DNA of 64,000 bases from IMG/VR virus record IMGVR_UViG_3300000169_000002, positions 29,837 through 93,836 of that record. One strand, given 5' to 3'. Below, piece by piece: positions 9,695 through 18,995 of the stretch (its first letter is position 1; each line of letters starts with the position of its first letter). The DNA is from a virus (lineage: Duplodnaviria; Caudoviricetes). Made by a program: the position numbers and the translations under genes. The notes under the pieces were generated by a model. That model was not told the DNA's origin. It did not search any database and was given only the letters and a program-made list of their open reading frames with translations.

Positions 9695-10135
9695 ATGCCA
9701 AATCTGAAAAAGCAAATGAAGAAAATTCAAAGGGAGCAGGAGCGGCTTGAAGAAATCATCAGGCTCCAGCAATCGACCTGCCCTCACGTTTCCAAAAAGG
9801 GTAAGTCGAAATTGGTGGAGTTCCAGGATGGCGACGTTCTCAAAGGTCGCTGCAAACGGTGCGGCGACGTTGTCATTTTGGACAAGAATTACCTGGGGGA
9901 TAAAGAACTTCTCAAGTCCTCCACGGAAATCGTCAAAACGATGCTGGCCGAACTTCGTGCTGCGGCTCGGACTGGGAAAATCCGTATCGATGACGACACC
10001 CTCGGCCTGATCGTTAAATTTGACGCGGAAATTCTTCGCGACTTGCCGCAGACCTTCGAGGTCATCACCACCTCTGAAGGTGGCAAGGGTAAGAAGAAAA
10101 AGAAGAAGAAAAACAAACGGGAACGCTGGAGCTGA
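9695..10135 (+). CDS. Zn-ribbon protein with poly-lysine C-terminal tail, probably abundant and nucleic-acid binding
   Basis: CPH...CKRC; tail KGKKKKKKKNKRERWS; GC-rich codons; early (9637) and late (9654) promoter motifs upstream. Confidence 0.6.
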   Translation: MPNLKKQMKKIQREQERLEEIIRLQQSTCPHVSKKGKSKLVEFQDGDVLKGRCKRCGDVVILDKNYLGDKELLKSSTEIVKTMLAELRAAARTGKIRIDDDTLGLIVKFDAEILRDLPQTFEVITTSEGGKGKKKKKKKNKRERWS

Positions 10136-10148
10136 TTCACGGCGCCGG

Positions 10149-10192
10149 AGGGATGATGGGTCCAATATGGGCTCATCATCCCTTTATTTTTT
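10149..10192 (+). terminator. Intrinsic terminator
   Basis: Stem AGGGATGATGGG/CTCATCATCCCT followed by a T-run. Confidence 0.8.
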
Positions 10193-10316
10193 TGCCAAAA
10201 TATAAGTATCCCTATACTTAGGGACCATAAATTTAATTTATGATTAATCCGCCAACCATTTTATAAGGGAAAATATATATTATTAAAATGAATATGTTGA
10301 AAGGAATGATACTTAG

Positions 10317-12686
10317 GTGACCATCAGAATTTTATGGTACATGAGAAAAGACAAAGATGTATTTAAGTATACAGAAGATAAGATTACAGTAAACTACGAT
10401 GATAGGTCCAGAGTACGTCAATCACCAGAAGTTTATCTTCCCAGTACAGATCTTGAAGGGGCTATCCACCTGTTTGAAGAAATTTTCGCAAACAGCGCTG
10501 ATGAAGTCACAGCCCCTGAATCTTGTGGATCTGAAATCATCGTTACTATTGATGAAACAACTGGTGTTATCACCGTTCAGGATGATGGACGTGGTATACC
10601 ATTTGGAAAAATATTTGATCTTTGCGAGGTTCTCAGCTCATCTGGTAAGATGGGAACCAAAAATAGGGCGTATAACCATTCAACCGGCGCTTTCGGTATG
10701 GGTATGAAACTCGTGAACTTCCTGTCTGAGTATATGAAGATTCGGACGGAAAGAGATGGGAAGTTTATGGAGATTATTTACGAAGATGGCATTCGAAAGA
10801 ATGTCACTGAAGGTAAGTCGAAACACAGTGGGACCTATATCGAATGGAAAGTCGATAAAAGGTTCTTCTCTGATACCAATATCAAGTGTGAACATCTTTT
10901 GGATAAAATCCGAAAGAAGAGTTATGTTCTTGGTAAAACTACCATTATATTTAATGGTAAAAAGAAAAACGGAGAAGAAATTACTAAACAATTTAAGAAT
11001 GGTAAAATTCGAGATTATGTGACTCAATTTAAGATTTCTAGTCCAATTGCTGAATATAAAAATCAAGTTGGTAATAATAAAGTTGAATTTGTGTTCGGTT
11101 ACGACTTGGAAACTGAAGATGGACCCAATGTTATAGGGTTCACTAATGGCTCCTATAACAAATCTGGTGGATCTCATGTTAATGGTTTGATAGAAGGTTT
11201 GTCATCATTTATGAGAGCATATATGATGGATAGCTACCTCTCTGAAAAAGAGAAAAAAGATCTTAGAATCCTTACTGAGGATGTAAAGCAAGGTCTTGTT
11301 GGTATAGTTTCAGTATATGCCCTCAATCCAAATTATAAAGGTCAATATAAAGAAGGCCTTGAAGATAGTTCTTTGAAAAATTTTGTATTCAATTCTGTTC
11401 GTAAATATTTGAAGGACTGCGATAAAAGCGTTCTCAACAAATTCGCTCAAATTATCAAGGCAAATGCTAAAGCTCGCACAGCAGCTGAAAATACGAAGAA
11501 GAAAGTCAAGAAAGATATTGTCAATGCATTTTCTGCGGATAGGATTAGTGAGTATTTGCCAATCTCGAAATTTTCTAAGAGCAAATTTAGGGAATTGTGT
11601 ATTGTGGAGGGTCTTAGCGCTAAGGGCGGCTTTAAGGCTGTTCGCAATAAAGATGAGATGGCAATCCTTACAATCCGTGGTAAGGTTGAGAATATTTTTG
11701 ACCTCCCACCCGCTGAAGCTGTAAAATCTTCTAAGTTCCTGTCCAATCTTGTACAGATTTTCGAATGTGAAAACGAGAATATCAAAAACTTCGATATCAA
11801 TAAACTTCAGTTCACCAGAATCAATCTTATTACAGATGCTGATACAGACGGTGATGAAATCTCTTGTCAACTTGCTATGATTTTCGCAAGATTTTTTCCG
11901 AGTATTGTAACATCCGGCCGTCTCTATAAAGTTGTACCTCCATTGTATGAGGTCAAGATTAAAGGAGAGACTGTGTTCATTCCGACAATTCGGGATTATA
12001 TGAAATATACTCAGGAAAGCTTTGCGAAATCTCATAAACTTTATTTGAACGGAAAGGAAATGAAGCAAGAAGATCTGCTGGACTTCTTGGTTGAATTCCA
12101 CCGTTATAAAGATAATCTGAAGTATTTGGCGGATCAATATGTCTTGACCCCGGAGTTCGCCGAATTCCTTATCAGTAATCTCCATGTGGGGTTCGAGAAT
12201 GATAAAGTTGATCTTTGGAATAAAAAGATTCTTCCAAGTAAGTTCAGGTTCATGCGAGCATATGCCGGAGATAATGGATTTATACAAATCGAGGGTATGG
12301 TTGGAAGCGAATATAACTTCTTCGAATACACTGAAGAATTTATTGAGGACGTAACTCAACGATATCAAATCAATCCGAATGCTTACTTCTATGGGTATAC
12401 TGTCGACGATAAACCTATGAGTCTCTATGGTGTGATGACCGAAGTTTCCAGGTATGCACCTAAGATAGTGACTAGGTTTAAAGGTCTTGGCGAGATGCCA
12501 TCTGAAGACCTTGAAAGAACAGTTGTCGACAGAAGGGCTCGTCATAGCATTCGTTTGACTATGGAAGATATCGAGAGGGACTATGAGCGAATGGCTGTTA
12601 TGCACTCTAAGAAGCCACACTATTCTGAACGTCGTAAAGTTTTCATGAGAAACTTCAAGTTTGACATAATGGACATTGACACCTAA
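10317..12686 (+). CDS. gyrB: Type IIA topoisomerase subunit B (GyrB/ParE)
   Basis: GHKL motifs EIFANSADE, DDGRGIP and GAFGMG; TOPRIM motifs VEGLSA, IRGK and DADTDG; RFKGLGEM. Confidence 0.92.
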   Translation: MTIRILWYMRKDKDVFKYTEDKITVNYDDRSRVRQSPEVYLPSTDLEGAIHLFEEIFANSADEVTAPESCGSEIIVTIDETTGVITVQDDGRGIPFGKIFDLCEVLSSSGKMGTKNRAYNHSTGAFGMGMKLVNFLSEYMKIRTERDGKFMEIIYEDGIRKNVTEGKSKHSGTYIEWKVDKRFFSDTNIKCEHLLDKIRKKSYVLGKTTIIFNGKKKNGEEITKQFKNGKIRDYVTQFKISSPIAEYKNQVGNNKVEFVFGYDLETEDGPNVIGFTNGSYNKSGGSHVNGLIEGLSSFMRAYMMDSYLSEKEKKDLRILTEDVKQGLVGIVSVYALNPNYKGQYKEGLEDSSLKNFVFNSVRKYLKDCDKSVLNKFAQIIKANAKARTAAENTKKKVKKDIVNAFSADRISEYLPISKFSKSKFRELCIVEGLSAKGGFKAVRNKDEMAILTIRGKVENIFDLPPAEAVKSSKFLSNLVQIFECENENIKNFDINKLQFTRINLITDADTDGDEISCQLAMIFARFFPSIVTSGRLYKVVPPLYEVKIKGETVFIPTIRDYMKYTQESFAKSHKLYLNGKEMKQEDLLDFLVEFHRYKDNLKYLADQYVLTPEFAEFLISNLHVGFENDKVDLWNKKILPSKFRFMRAYAGDNGFIQIEGMVGSEYNFFEYTEEFIEDVTQRYQINPNAYFYGYTVDDKPMSLYGVMTEVSRYAPKIVTRFKGLGEMPSEDLERTVVDRRARHSIRLTMEDIERDYERMAVMHSKKPHYSERRKVFMRNFKFDIMDIDT

Positions 12687-12713
12687 TCTTATTTAGAAAG
12701 GACGGGGTGCCAC

Positions 12714-12998
12714 TTGGCCAACCGTAAACAATTTAGAATCAAATATTACAGCGCCGATGACTCTCAATTGTATACGATTATCCAGGTGGCGCCTACGTCA
12801 TTTGAAGCCATTACCAAAGCAGAAGAAAGAATTAGACGATCGACCGAAAATTTCCAAATTGTTCTTGTTGAGGATCTCAACTCTGATTTTTATATTAATC
12901 AGATTAGAGACATCCTGACAACCTCGATTCAAAGAGAAAAGGAAAGAGAGGCTGCAAAATGGGTAAATCCAAAAAAGGTAAAAAGAAAAATGGCATGA
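12714..12998 (+). CDS. Hypothetical protein
   Basis: TTG start after GGGGTG. Confidence 0.6.
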   Translation: MANRKQFRIKYYSADDSQLYTIIQVAPTSFEAITKAEERIRRSTENFQIVLVEDLNSDFYINQIRDILTTSIQREKEREAAKWVNPKKVKRKMA

Positions 12999-13177
12999 AG
13001 GAATTCGCTGTCACCTACTCGTTCAGGGGAATTCCTGGGACTGCCGTAGTCGAAGCTATCGACAAATACTTCGCAATCATGAAATTCAAAGAAACCAACC
13101 CCGGTGCGGTAATCAAAGACGTAAAAGAAATCATTCCACCAAAACCCGAAGATGACAGCCAAGTGAGTAACGGCTGA
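12995..13177 (+). CDS. Small hypothetical protein (60 aa)
   Basis: ATGA overlap with the upstream stop; GC-rich codons. Confidence 0.55.
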   Translation: MKEFAVTYSFRGIPGTAVVEAIDKYFAIMKFKETNPGAVIKDVKEIIPPKPEDDSQVSNG

Positions 13178-13197
13178 TAAATTCAGGAGGACTCATA

Positions 13198-15624
13198 ATG
13201 ACTATCAGAGTAAGACCAATACCGGGATTCTTCAATATGGAATATATTGAAGAAAAAAATATTGCAGAGTTTGACGAGCAGGGGATGGCTCTCCACGGGG
13301 TCAACCGGAACCTTCAGAGAAACATCGCCCTGTTTTATGATAACCTGAAGGTTGTCCATAGGCGTATTCTCTACGCCATGGCAACAATGGGACTCCGTCC
13401 GGATAGAAACTTTTCTAAAGCTGCTGGCGTTGTCGGCAGAATTATCGAGAAGTATCATCCGCATGGGGACTCAGCGACGTATGAAGCTTTGATTTTTATG
13501 GGGCAACCTTGGAGAAATATCATGCCTCTGGTTGAAGTTAAAGGTAACTACGGAAATGCCGAAGGTCCTGATGAATATGCTCAAATGCGGTATGTTGAAT
13601 GTCGCTTGAACAGTTTCGCCTGGGACTGCTTCTTCAGTGAATGGGATTTGAAATCTGATCTCGTTGATATGAGGCCCACGTTCAATGGAGAAGATGTGGA
13701 ACCGCTGTATCTTCCAGCAAAATATCCACTCTTTCTCATGAACTGGGGGAGCGGGATGGGATTCGGTCTCTCCACATCTAGTCCTGGGTTCCTTCCACAG
13801 GATGCAATGCAAGCTGTTATTGATCTTATCAAAGATCCGAAAGCAAATATTGTATTGTATCCTGAGGACCCGATGGGATGTACCATCATTGGGAAAAAAG
13901 TCTTCAAGAAATTTGTGGACCATAACTTCAATGAAAAAGATGACGAGAGCTTGAAGTTTAGGGTTCGGTCTGATTATGTGGTGGAAAACGGGATTATTAG
14001 AATCTTGAATACACCATTTGAGGTCAGTCCGAAGACGGTCTTTAATAAAATTGTAGAGCTTAAAAATAATAAGAAGATTGATGGAATTATAGATATGGAA
14101 GTTGAGCTGAAACCGGGTAAAATTCCGCAGCTCAAAGGTAAAGAAGATACTATGAATATCATTATTGAATATTCCAAGGGTGTCGACCCGCACATCCTTA
14201 TGGAGAAACTCTATAAACTTACTCAGCTTGAGACCACTTTCTCTCTGAATTGTGTTTACGTTGATATGAACAAGAACGTTAAATTCAATTTGAGAGAAAG
14301 CATCCTGTATTGGATTAAATTGAGGAGAAAGGTTCTCAAACGTATGTATAGGTCTCAGCTGAATGAAAAGTCGAAAAGAAATTATGTGCTGGATGCACTT
14401 ATTGACCTTTTCGACAAAAATCAAATTGATGCAGTTATCAATATCTTTAAGAAGAATAAGAGGTCTGATGTCGCAGAGATTCTCATAAAGAAGTATAACA
14501 TCAGCGACTATCAGGCAAAGAAGATCTCTGAAATGAGACTTAGTGATCTTTCTCCTGACGCATATGAGGAGTATGTGAAGGAGAGAAAAGAAAATGCTAA
14601 AAAGATCAGAGAACTTCAAGATATTCTGAAAAACAAAAAGACTCTTGATGAGATCATTATTCGCCAAATGGAAGAGGGTATTAAGAAATATTCTCGTCCG
14701 AGACAATCTAAAGTGATTGAGATGGCGAATGAAAATAAAGAAGAAGAATTTTTCGATATAGAAGTAATCAATACTGGTCATGTGAGAAAAATCAAACATG
14801 GTAATAATATCGAACTCAATACTGAAGATGCAGTTCTTGTTAGTAAATACGAAAATATTGGAGATACAAACAAATTGTTTGTGTTTACTAACACTGGACT
14901 GGTGTTTAGCGACTATATTTCTAATATCAGAGTTTCCAAAGATCAAAGTATTGGAAGCTTTCTTTCAAGGAGATATGAATCCGCAAAATATGCAGCGGTC
15001 GGGTCTCTGGTTGGGAAGGAATCTTCTTCGAGTAATGTGATTTGCGTCACTAAGCAAGGTATTGTGAAGAGCAGTAAATTCTCAGACTATTTCATCTCAT
15101 CCCAAGGAAGCTACGGAATCAAGCTTTCTAAGAATGATGAACTCGTAACTGTTTTGGAAGCCACCTCTAATGACATTAAATCTTCTAGAGTTCTCATTTA
15201 TACGAAAAATGGTAAATGTGTGATGTTCCCAGTGAACGATATCACTGTAACGTCCAGATTTACTATGGGCAACATGGGAATCAAGCTCGAAGAGGGAGAC
15301 TATGTCATTGGGGCAGAGATTGTTAAATCTTCTGATGAATATATCGTCACAATCTCTGAAAATGGGTACGTCAAAAAGTTCTCAATTGAAAATACGTTTA
15401 ACAATATTAGACGAGGATCTTACGGAGTATCTATAGTATCATCTGATGAAAATCTTCATAAGGTGGCTACTGTTAGCTCCAAAATCTCTACACTCAAGCT
15501 TATTTCCCTTCAAGGCGTAGAGGAGATTAAACTGGATGAACTTCAGGTTAAAACCAGGTTGTCGTCCGGAGATAAGCTTCTCAAAGCTAGAAGGAAGAAT
15601 GAAGTTATTGTGAAAGAAAAATAA
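13198..15624 (+). CDS. gyrA: Type IIA topoisomerase subunit A (GyrA/ParC) with beta-pinwheel C-terminal domain
   Basis: Motifs DNLKVVHRRILY, KYHPHGD and catalytic AQMRY; C-terminal T-x-x-G blade repeats. Confidence 0.92.
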   Translation: MTIRVRPIPGFFNMEYIEEKNIAEFDEQGMALHGVNRNLQRNIALFYDNLKVVHRRILYAMATMGLRPDRNFSKAAGVVGRIIEKYHPHGDSATYEALIFMGQPWRNIMPLVEVKGNYGNAEGPDEYAQMRYVECRLNSFAWDCFFSEWDLKSDLVDMRPTFNGEDVEPLYLPAKYPLFLMNWGSGMGFGLSTSSPGFLPQDAMQAVIDLIKDPKANIVLYPEDPMGCTIIGKKVFKKFVDHNFNEKDDESLKFRVRSDYVVENGIIRILNTPFEVSPKTVFNKIVELKNNKKIDGIIDMEVELKPGKIPQLKGKEDTMNIIIEYSKGVDPHILMEKLYKLTQLETTFSLNCVYVDMNKNVKFNLRESILYWIKLRRKVLKRMYRSQLNEKSKRNYVLDALIDLFDKNQIDAVINIFKKNKRSDVAEILIKKYNISDYQAKKISEMRLSDLSPDAYEEYVKERKENAKKIRELQDILKNKKTLDEIIIRQMEEGIKKYSRPRQSKVIEMANENKEEEFFDIEVINTGHVRKIKHGNNIELNTEDAVLVSKYENIGDTNKLFVFTNTGLVFSDYISNIRVSKDQSIGSFLSRRYESAKYAAVGSLVGKESSSSNVICVTKQGIVKSSKFSDYFISSQGSYGIKLSKNDELVTVLEATSNDIKSSRVLIYTKNGKCVMFPVNDITVTSRFTMGNMGIKLEEGDYVIGAEIVKSSDEYIVTISENGYVKKFSIENTFNNIRRGSYGVSIVSSDENLHKVATVSSKISTLKLISLQGVEEIKLDELQVKTRLSSGDKLLKARRKNEVIVKEK

Positions 15625-15626
15625 AC

Positions 15627-15667
15627 AATAAGGAAGGAGATACACTCCTTCCTTATTTTTTTTTTTT
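15627..15667 (+). terminator. Intrinsic terminator
   Basis: Stem AATAAGGAAGGAG/CTCCTTCCTTATT followed by a long T-run. Confidence 0.85.
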
Positions 15668-15700
15668 GAAATATGTAGACAAATTTATTTTACTCGCAGA

Positions 15701-15712
15701 AACACTCAGATA
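15701..15712 (+). promoter_or_regulatory. AR9-type late promoter motif AACA-N6-TA (representative copy)
   Basis: Intergenic + strand copies at 9654, 15701, 17683, 21982, 28247, 29584, 33529, 43177, 43974 and 49747; - strand copies at 33482-33493 and 38288-38299; many precede virion genes. Confidence 0.75.
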
Positions 15713-15740
15713 ATATACTTACTGAAAGGAATGATCTAAA

Positions 15741-16910
15741 TTGTCTGATACACTTATCATAGATACTTTATATCCAAGAGCTGCAGCAGCATTGAGTAAC
15801 CCATCTAATGTGGAAAAATTAAAACAATACTTATCTAAGTATTTTGATCGAAATTCACATATTCTTTTTTCATTGAATTTTACGGATAAATTGATTGTAT
15901 TCGACGCCGATAAGTCAGTTCTTTTTCAAGTATTGGGAATAAAAGAAAAAGAGATACAAGATGTTTTGAATAAATCTGAGTTTGGTAAAATTAAATGGGT
16001 ATTGAACCCCACCACAGTATCTCTTCTTTTATGTATTCTTTATTTTGATGAAAAGAAGATGGAAAAAGAATCTGAGATAGTCCAAATCTTTTTAACATGC
16101 TACTTCTATTCTGTATTACATCCTAAAATTTTCAAATTTCCTCCGAATGCCGCAATTATGGAATACACTTTGACTAAAAATCCAAAAGTCACTGGTAACT
16201 TTATTTTCAAAAGAGAAGGTTCTTTATTTGGAGCCTTTAAACATATGTCAAAAACCTCCCATGAAAACTATATTAAAGATCTGCGCGAGAAAAGAACCGA
16301 TAAACTAGTTAACGATTATGTAAGTTCAATAAGAACTAGATTAAACTCTCTTCTTAAGAATATCATGGAGCGGTTTCTTGAAGACCATAAAGCAGGTCAT
16401 TTCTTTAACAGGGAAGCCGATATTCACGACGATGAAACTTACAGATTAGCCGATAGTACATCTCTATATATATCTAAATTGGCAACTAAAACATCGATAA
16501 ATATTGTTAGCTATAGGTTTGATAAAACCCTCATAAAAAATATTGCAGCAACTGATGTTAATTTACATCCTGTAACTCTCGGAAATATTTTGAATACTGT
16601 GGTAGATCATTTTCGAAATGAAATTGATAAATTTGTTAGCACTATAATTGAGTTATATGTAATAGAGGGTAATAATAACGTTAAAACTATAAACTCATCT
16701 AAATTTATCAACGATTGTCTTTATCTCTATAAATCTAATTCCAGTAAACCAAGAGTAGTTTTCTTAAAAGAAACCTTGGATAAATGGATTGCAGAAGGAT
16801 CAAGGCTTAATGGAAAAAGATTTATTCGTGAAGCTACTATTTATGCATATAGAAAAGCCATTTTCTTGGCTTTTGTATATACTATTAACAAAGAAAGTAA
16901 GCCATCATAA
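15741..16910 (+). CDS. Late hypothetical protein, probably virion-associated, co-transcribed with the virion RNAP fragment
   Basis: 389-aa ORF, TTG start, late promoter upstream. Confidence 0.65.
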   Translation: MSDTLIIDTLYPRAAAALSNPSNVEKLKQYLSKYFDRNSHILFSLNFTDKLIVFDADKSVLFQVLGIKEKEIQDVLNKSEFGKIKWVLNPTTVSLLLCILYFDEKKMEKESEIVQIFLTCYFYSVLHPKIFKFPPNAAIMEYTLTKNPKVTGNFIFKREGSLFGAFKHMSKTSHENYIKDLREKRTDKLVNDYVSSIRTRLNSLLKNIMERFLEDHKAGHFFNREADIHDDETYRLADSTSLYISKLATKTSINIVSYRFDKTLIKNIAATDVNLHPVTLGNILNTVVDHFRNEIDKFVSTIIELYVIEGNNNVKTINSSKFINDCLYLYKSNSSKPRVVFLKETLDKWIAEGSRLNGKRFIREATIYAYRKAIFLAFVYTINKESKPS

Positions 16911-16927
16911 ATTAAGGAGGAATTAAT

Positions 16928-17665
16928 TTGGCTACCACCAAGAAGCATCAAAAGATTCTTGATTATATATATACATCAATTGACGCCATTGACCCTACAG
17001 GGAAGAATACTGAGCGTTATAAAGAGTATTTCGAACATATGTCCGATGAAGAGTTTCAAAAGTTCCTTAAAGAATTTCTTCAAGACGAAAAACATCATTT
17101 TACAGTGGAAATGGATCAATTTGAGCAGAATGTTACTATTGAACAAATTGCACATGCTGCTCAGGTTGCTAATGTCATATTGGAGGATTATTTGGTAAGA
17201 CCGGATATTAGCGACGACCCTGAAAATCCTTATGTTACTAACCATAAAGTTCTCCTTCTTTACTTGAACCAACGACGGGTTCAGCAAACACTTTCTGTTA
17301 AAAATCATGTATCCACATCTATTGATAAAAGAAATCCAAAAGTTGGTCAAGTTATTGATGATGATAAGAACTCGTCCACTTCTGCTTTGGAAATGTATCA
17401 ACTTGTATTCCAAGGAGCCCTTAACAAATTAAAAGAAGATTTCGGGCCTAAATCAGATAACCTTGTGGCTAAAAATGAAATGCTTTATCAGATTCAACGC
17501 AAAGGATCAGTCTCTCTTGAAGAACTTCCAAACTTGGTTAAAGATAGAGTTGCCCTTAACTATTTGAACTTTTTGTTATTGGCAGCAGGTTACAGTTCTG
17601 ATTTGATTAACGATAAAGATCTTCTTCCTATCGTAATTGAACGAGGAGGAAAATTGTACGATTAA
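16928..17665 (+). CDS. RNA polymerase beta-subunit C-terminal fragment, probably of the virion RNAP
   Basis: LEMYQLVFQGALNKLKEDFGPKSDN matches the RpoB C-terminus (GEMEvwAL.ayGA...LqE.lt.KSDD); lies in a late operon. Confidence 0.7.
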   Translation: MATTKKHQKILDYIYTSIDAIDPTGKNTERYKEYFEHMSDEEFQKFLKEFLQDEKHHFTVEMDQFEQNVTIEQIAHAAQVANVILEDYLVRPDISDDPENPYVTNHKVLLLYLNQRRVQQTLSVKNHVSTSIDKRNPKVGQVIDDDKNSSTSALEMYQLVFQGALNKLKEDFGPKSDNLVAKNEMLYQIQRKGSVSLEELPNLVKDRVALNYLNFLLLAAGYSSDLINDKDLLPIVIERGGKLYD

Positions 17666-17758
17666 TTATATATATAAATCTCAACATATTCATACAAATA
17701 TATATTATTCATATGTGGACTTTTGAAACTTTAAAAATTAGTTAGGAGGTGCTTTAAC

Positions 17759-17896
17759 ATGCAGCAAAATAATAACTCTAAACCTATTAAAAAACAACCA
17801 GAAATTCCTATCAAAGGCGGCCTCATTCAAGAAGTTGCTTTGGGCGAAATGATTGCCCAACAGCAACTCAATGAATCTCAAGTTAAGAAAAGCTAA
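17759..17896 (+). CDS. 45-aa small protein
   Basis: AGGAGG RBS; late and early motifs upstream; hairpin after the stop; absent from the ORF track. Confidence 0.65.
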   Translation: MQQNNNSKPIKKQPEIPIKGGLIQEVALGEMIAQQQLNESQVKKS

Positions 17897-18013
17897 AGCG
17901 CCTTGCTTTAGCTTACTTTTTATTAATCTCTAAAAATATCCAATAATTGTATCTAGATATTTTTAAAACTGTGATAATTTTTAGTTTAAACCAAATTTTA
18001 GGAGGTTAAAATT

Positions 18014-18886
18014 ATGTCTCTTTATACACCCACGATTGTTACTAACAATAAACGCTATAGAGTTACCAATCGAGCTAAATTTATTCTTTCTACGTCTATC
18101 ATGTTTATTACTTTCATCACAATTGCTTATGTAGCATTTTCATTTATTATCAGTGAAATTAATGAATATCGCCAAGAAAAAGCTTATGAAGCGTGGCAAC
18201 AAGAACTTGAAATTCTGAAGAAAAAATATTCCTTCACAATTGGTGAAATTGAAATTAGTGCTACAAGTGCCGATGAGGCTCTGACAAAACTTAAAGCTCA
18301 AACTGAAGCTATTTTGATCGAGAAAAATAGTTTGATCGATGAACAGCAACAGATCATTTCTGGTTTGGAGGAAAAGTATGTAAAAGATATTTATGAGATG
18401 AAACAAGTGACCAAAGAAGAAGTCAAACTTTATAATCAATACGCATACGCACTTGAATACCCAGAGTCAGATATGACTATTGATGATCTGAAAATGATCA
18501 AAGAGATAACAGATGAAGAAAATATTAATATGCACCTTTGGCTTAGTGTCGTTGAAGTAGAAAGCGGATATAGATCTTATGTCAGATCAAGTTTGTCAAC
18601 GGCAGCTGGCTGGGGGCAAGTTCTTAAAGGAACTGGCGAGTTCCTCTATGAAGACTCTCTTAAACTTGGAAAATACAACCATCAGAAAATGGGTACAGAT
18701 AAAGAAATTAATGCAAGAATGAGTATCCATTACTTGGCAATGCTGATCAAAGAAAAGGGTAGTATCGAAAAGGCTCTTATCAGTTACAACGGTAATGAGC
18801 TTGGTCAACGGTATGTTACTCTTGTAAATAATACCCTGAAAAAGAACACAGGTATGACACTAAATGATATCAGCATAGCCAATTAA
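18014..18886 (+). CDS. Membrane-anchored lytic transglycosylase (SLT domain)
   Basis: N-terminal TM helix and coiled coil; VEVESGY, AAGWGQV and ALISYNG. Confidence 0.8.
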   Translation: MSLYTPTIVTNNKRYRVTNRAKFILSTSIMFITFITIAYVAFSFIISEINEYRQEKAYEAWQQELEILKKKYSFTIGEIEISATSADEALTKLKAQTEAILIEKNSLIDEQQQIISGLEEKYVKDIYEMKQVTKEEVKLYNQYAYALEYPESDMTIDDLKMIKEITDEENINMHLWLSVVEVESGYRSYVRSSLSTAAGWGQVLKGTGEFLYEDSLKLGKYNHQKMGTDKEINARMSIHYLAMLIKEKGSIEKALISYNGNELGQRYVTLVNNTLKKNTGMTLNDISIAN

Positions 18887-18995
18887 TATAGATTCAAATC
18901 ATAACTTTGACAAAAATATATATTATTAATTTAGTGACGACTACTAATTAGTGGTCGTCACTTTTTAATACAAACTATTACTGGAGGTATTAGGA

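Noticed and set aside
12258-12290. AYAGDNGFIQI in the GyrB insert (and LYRADGF in the terminase tail) as extra copies of the YxRNxxGFI motif
   Set aside because: They lack the invariant RN and the spacing differs; not counted without a profile search
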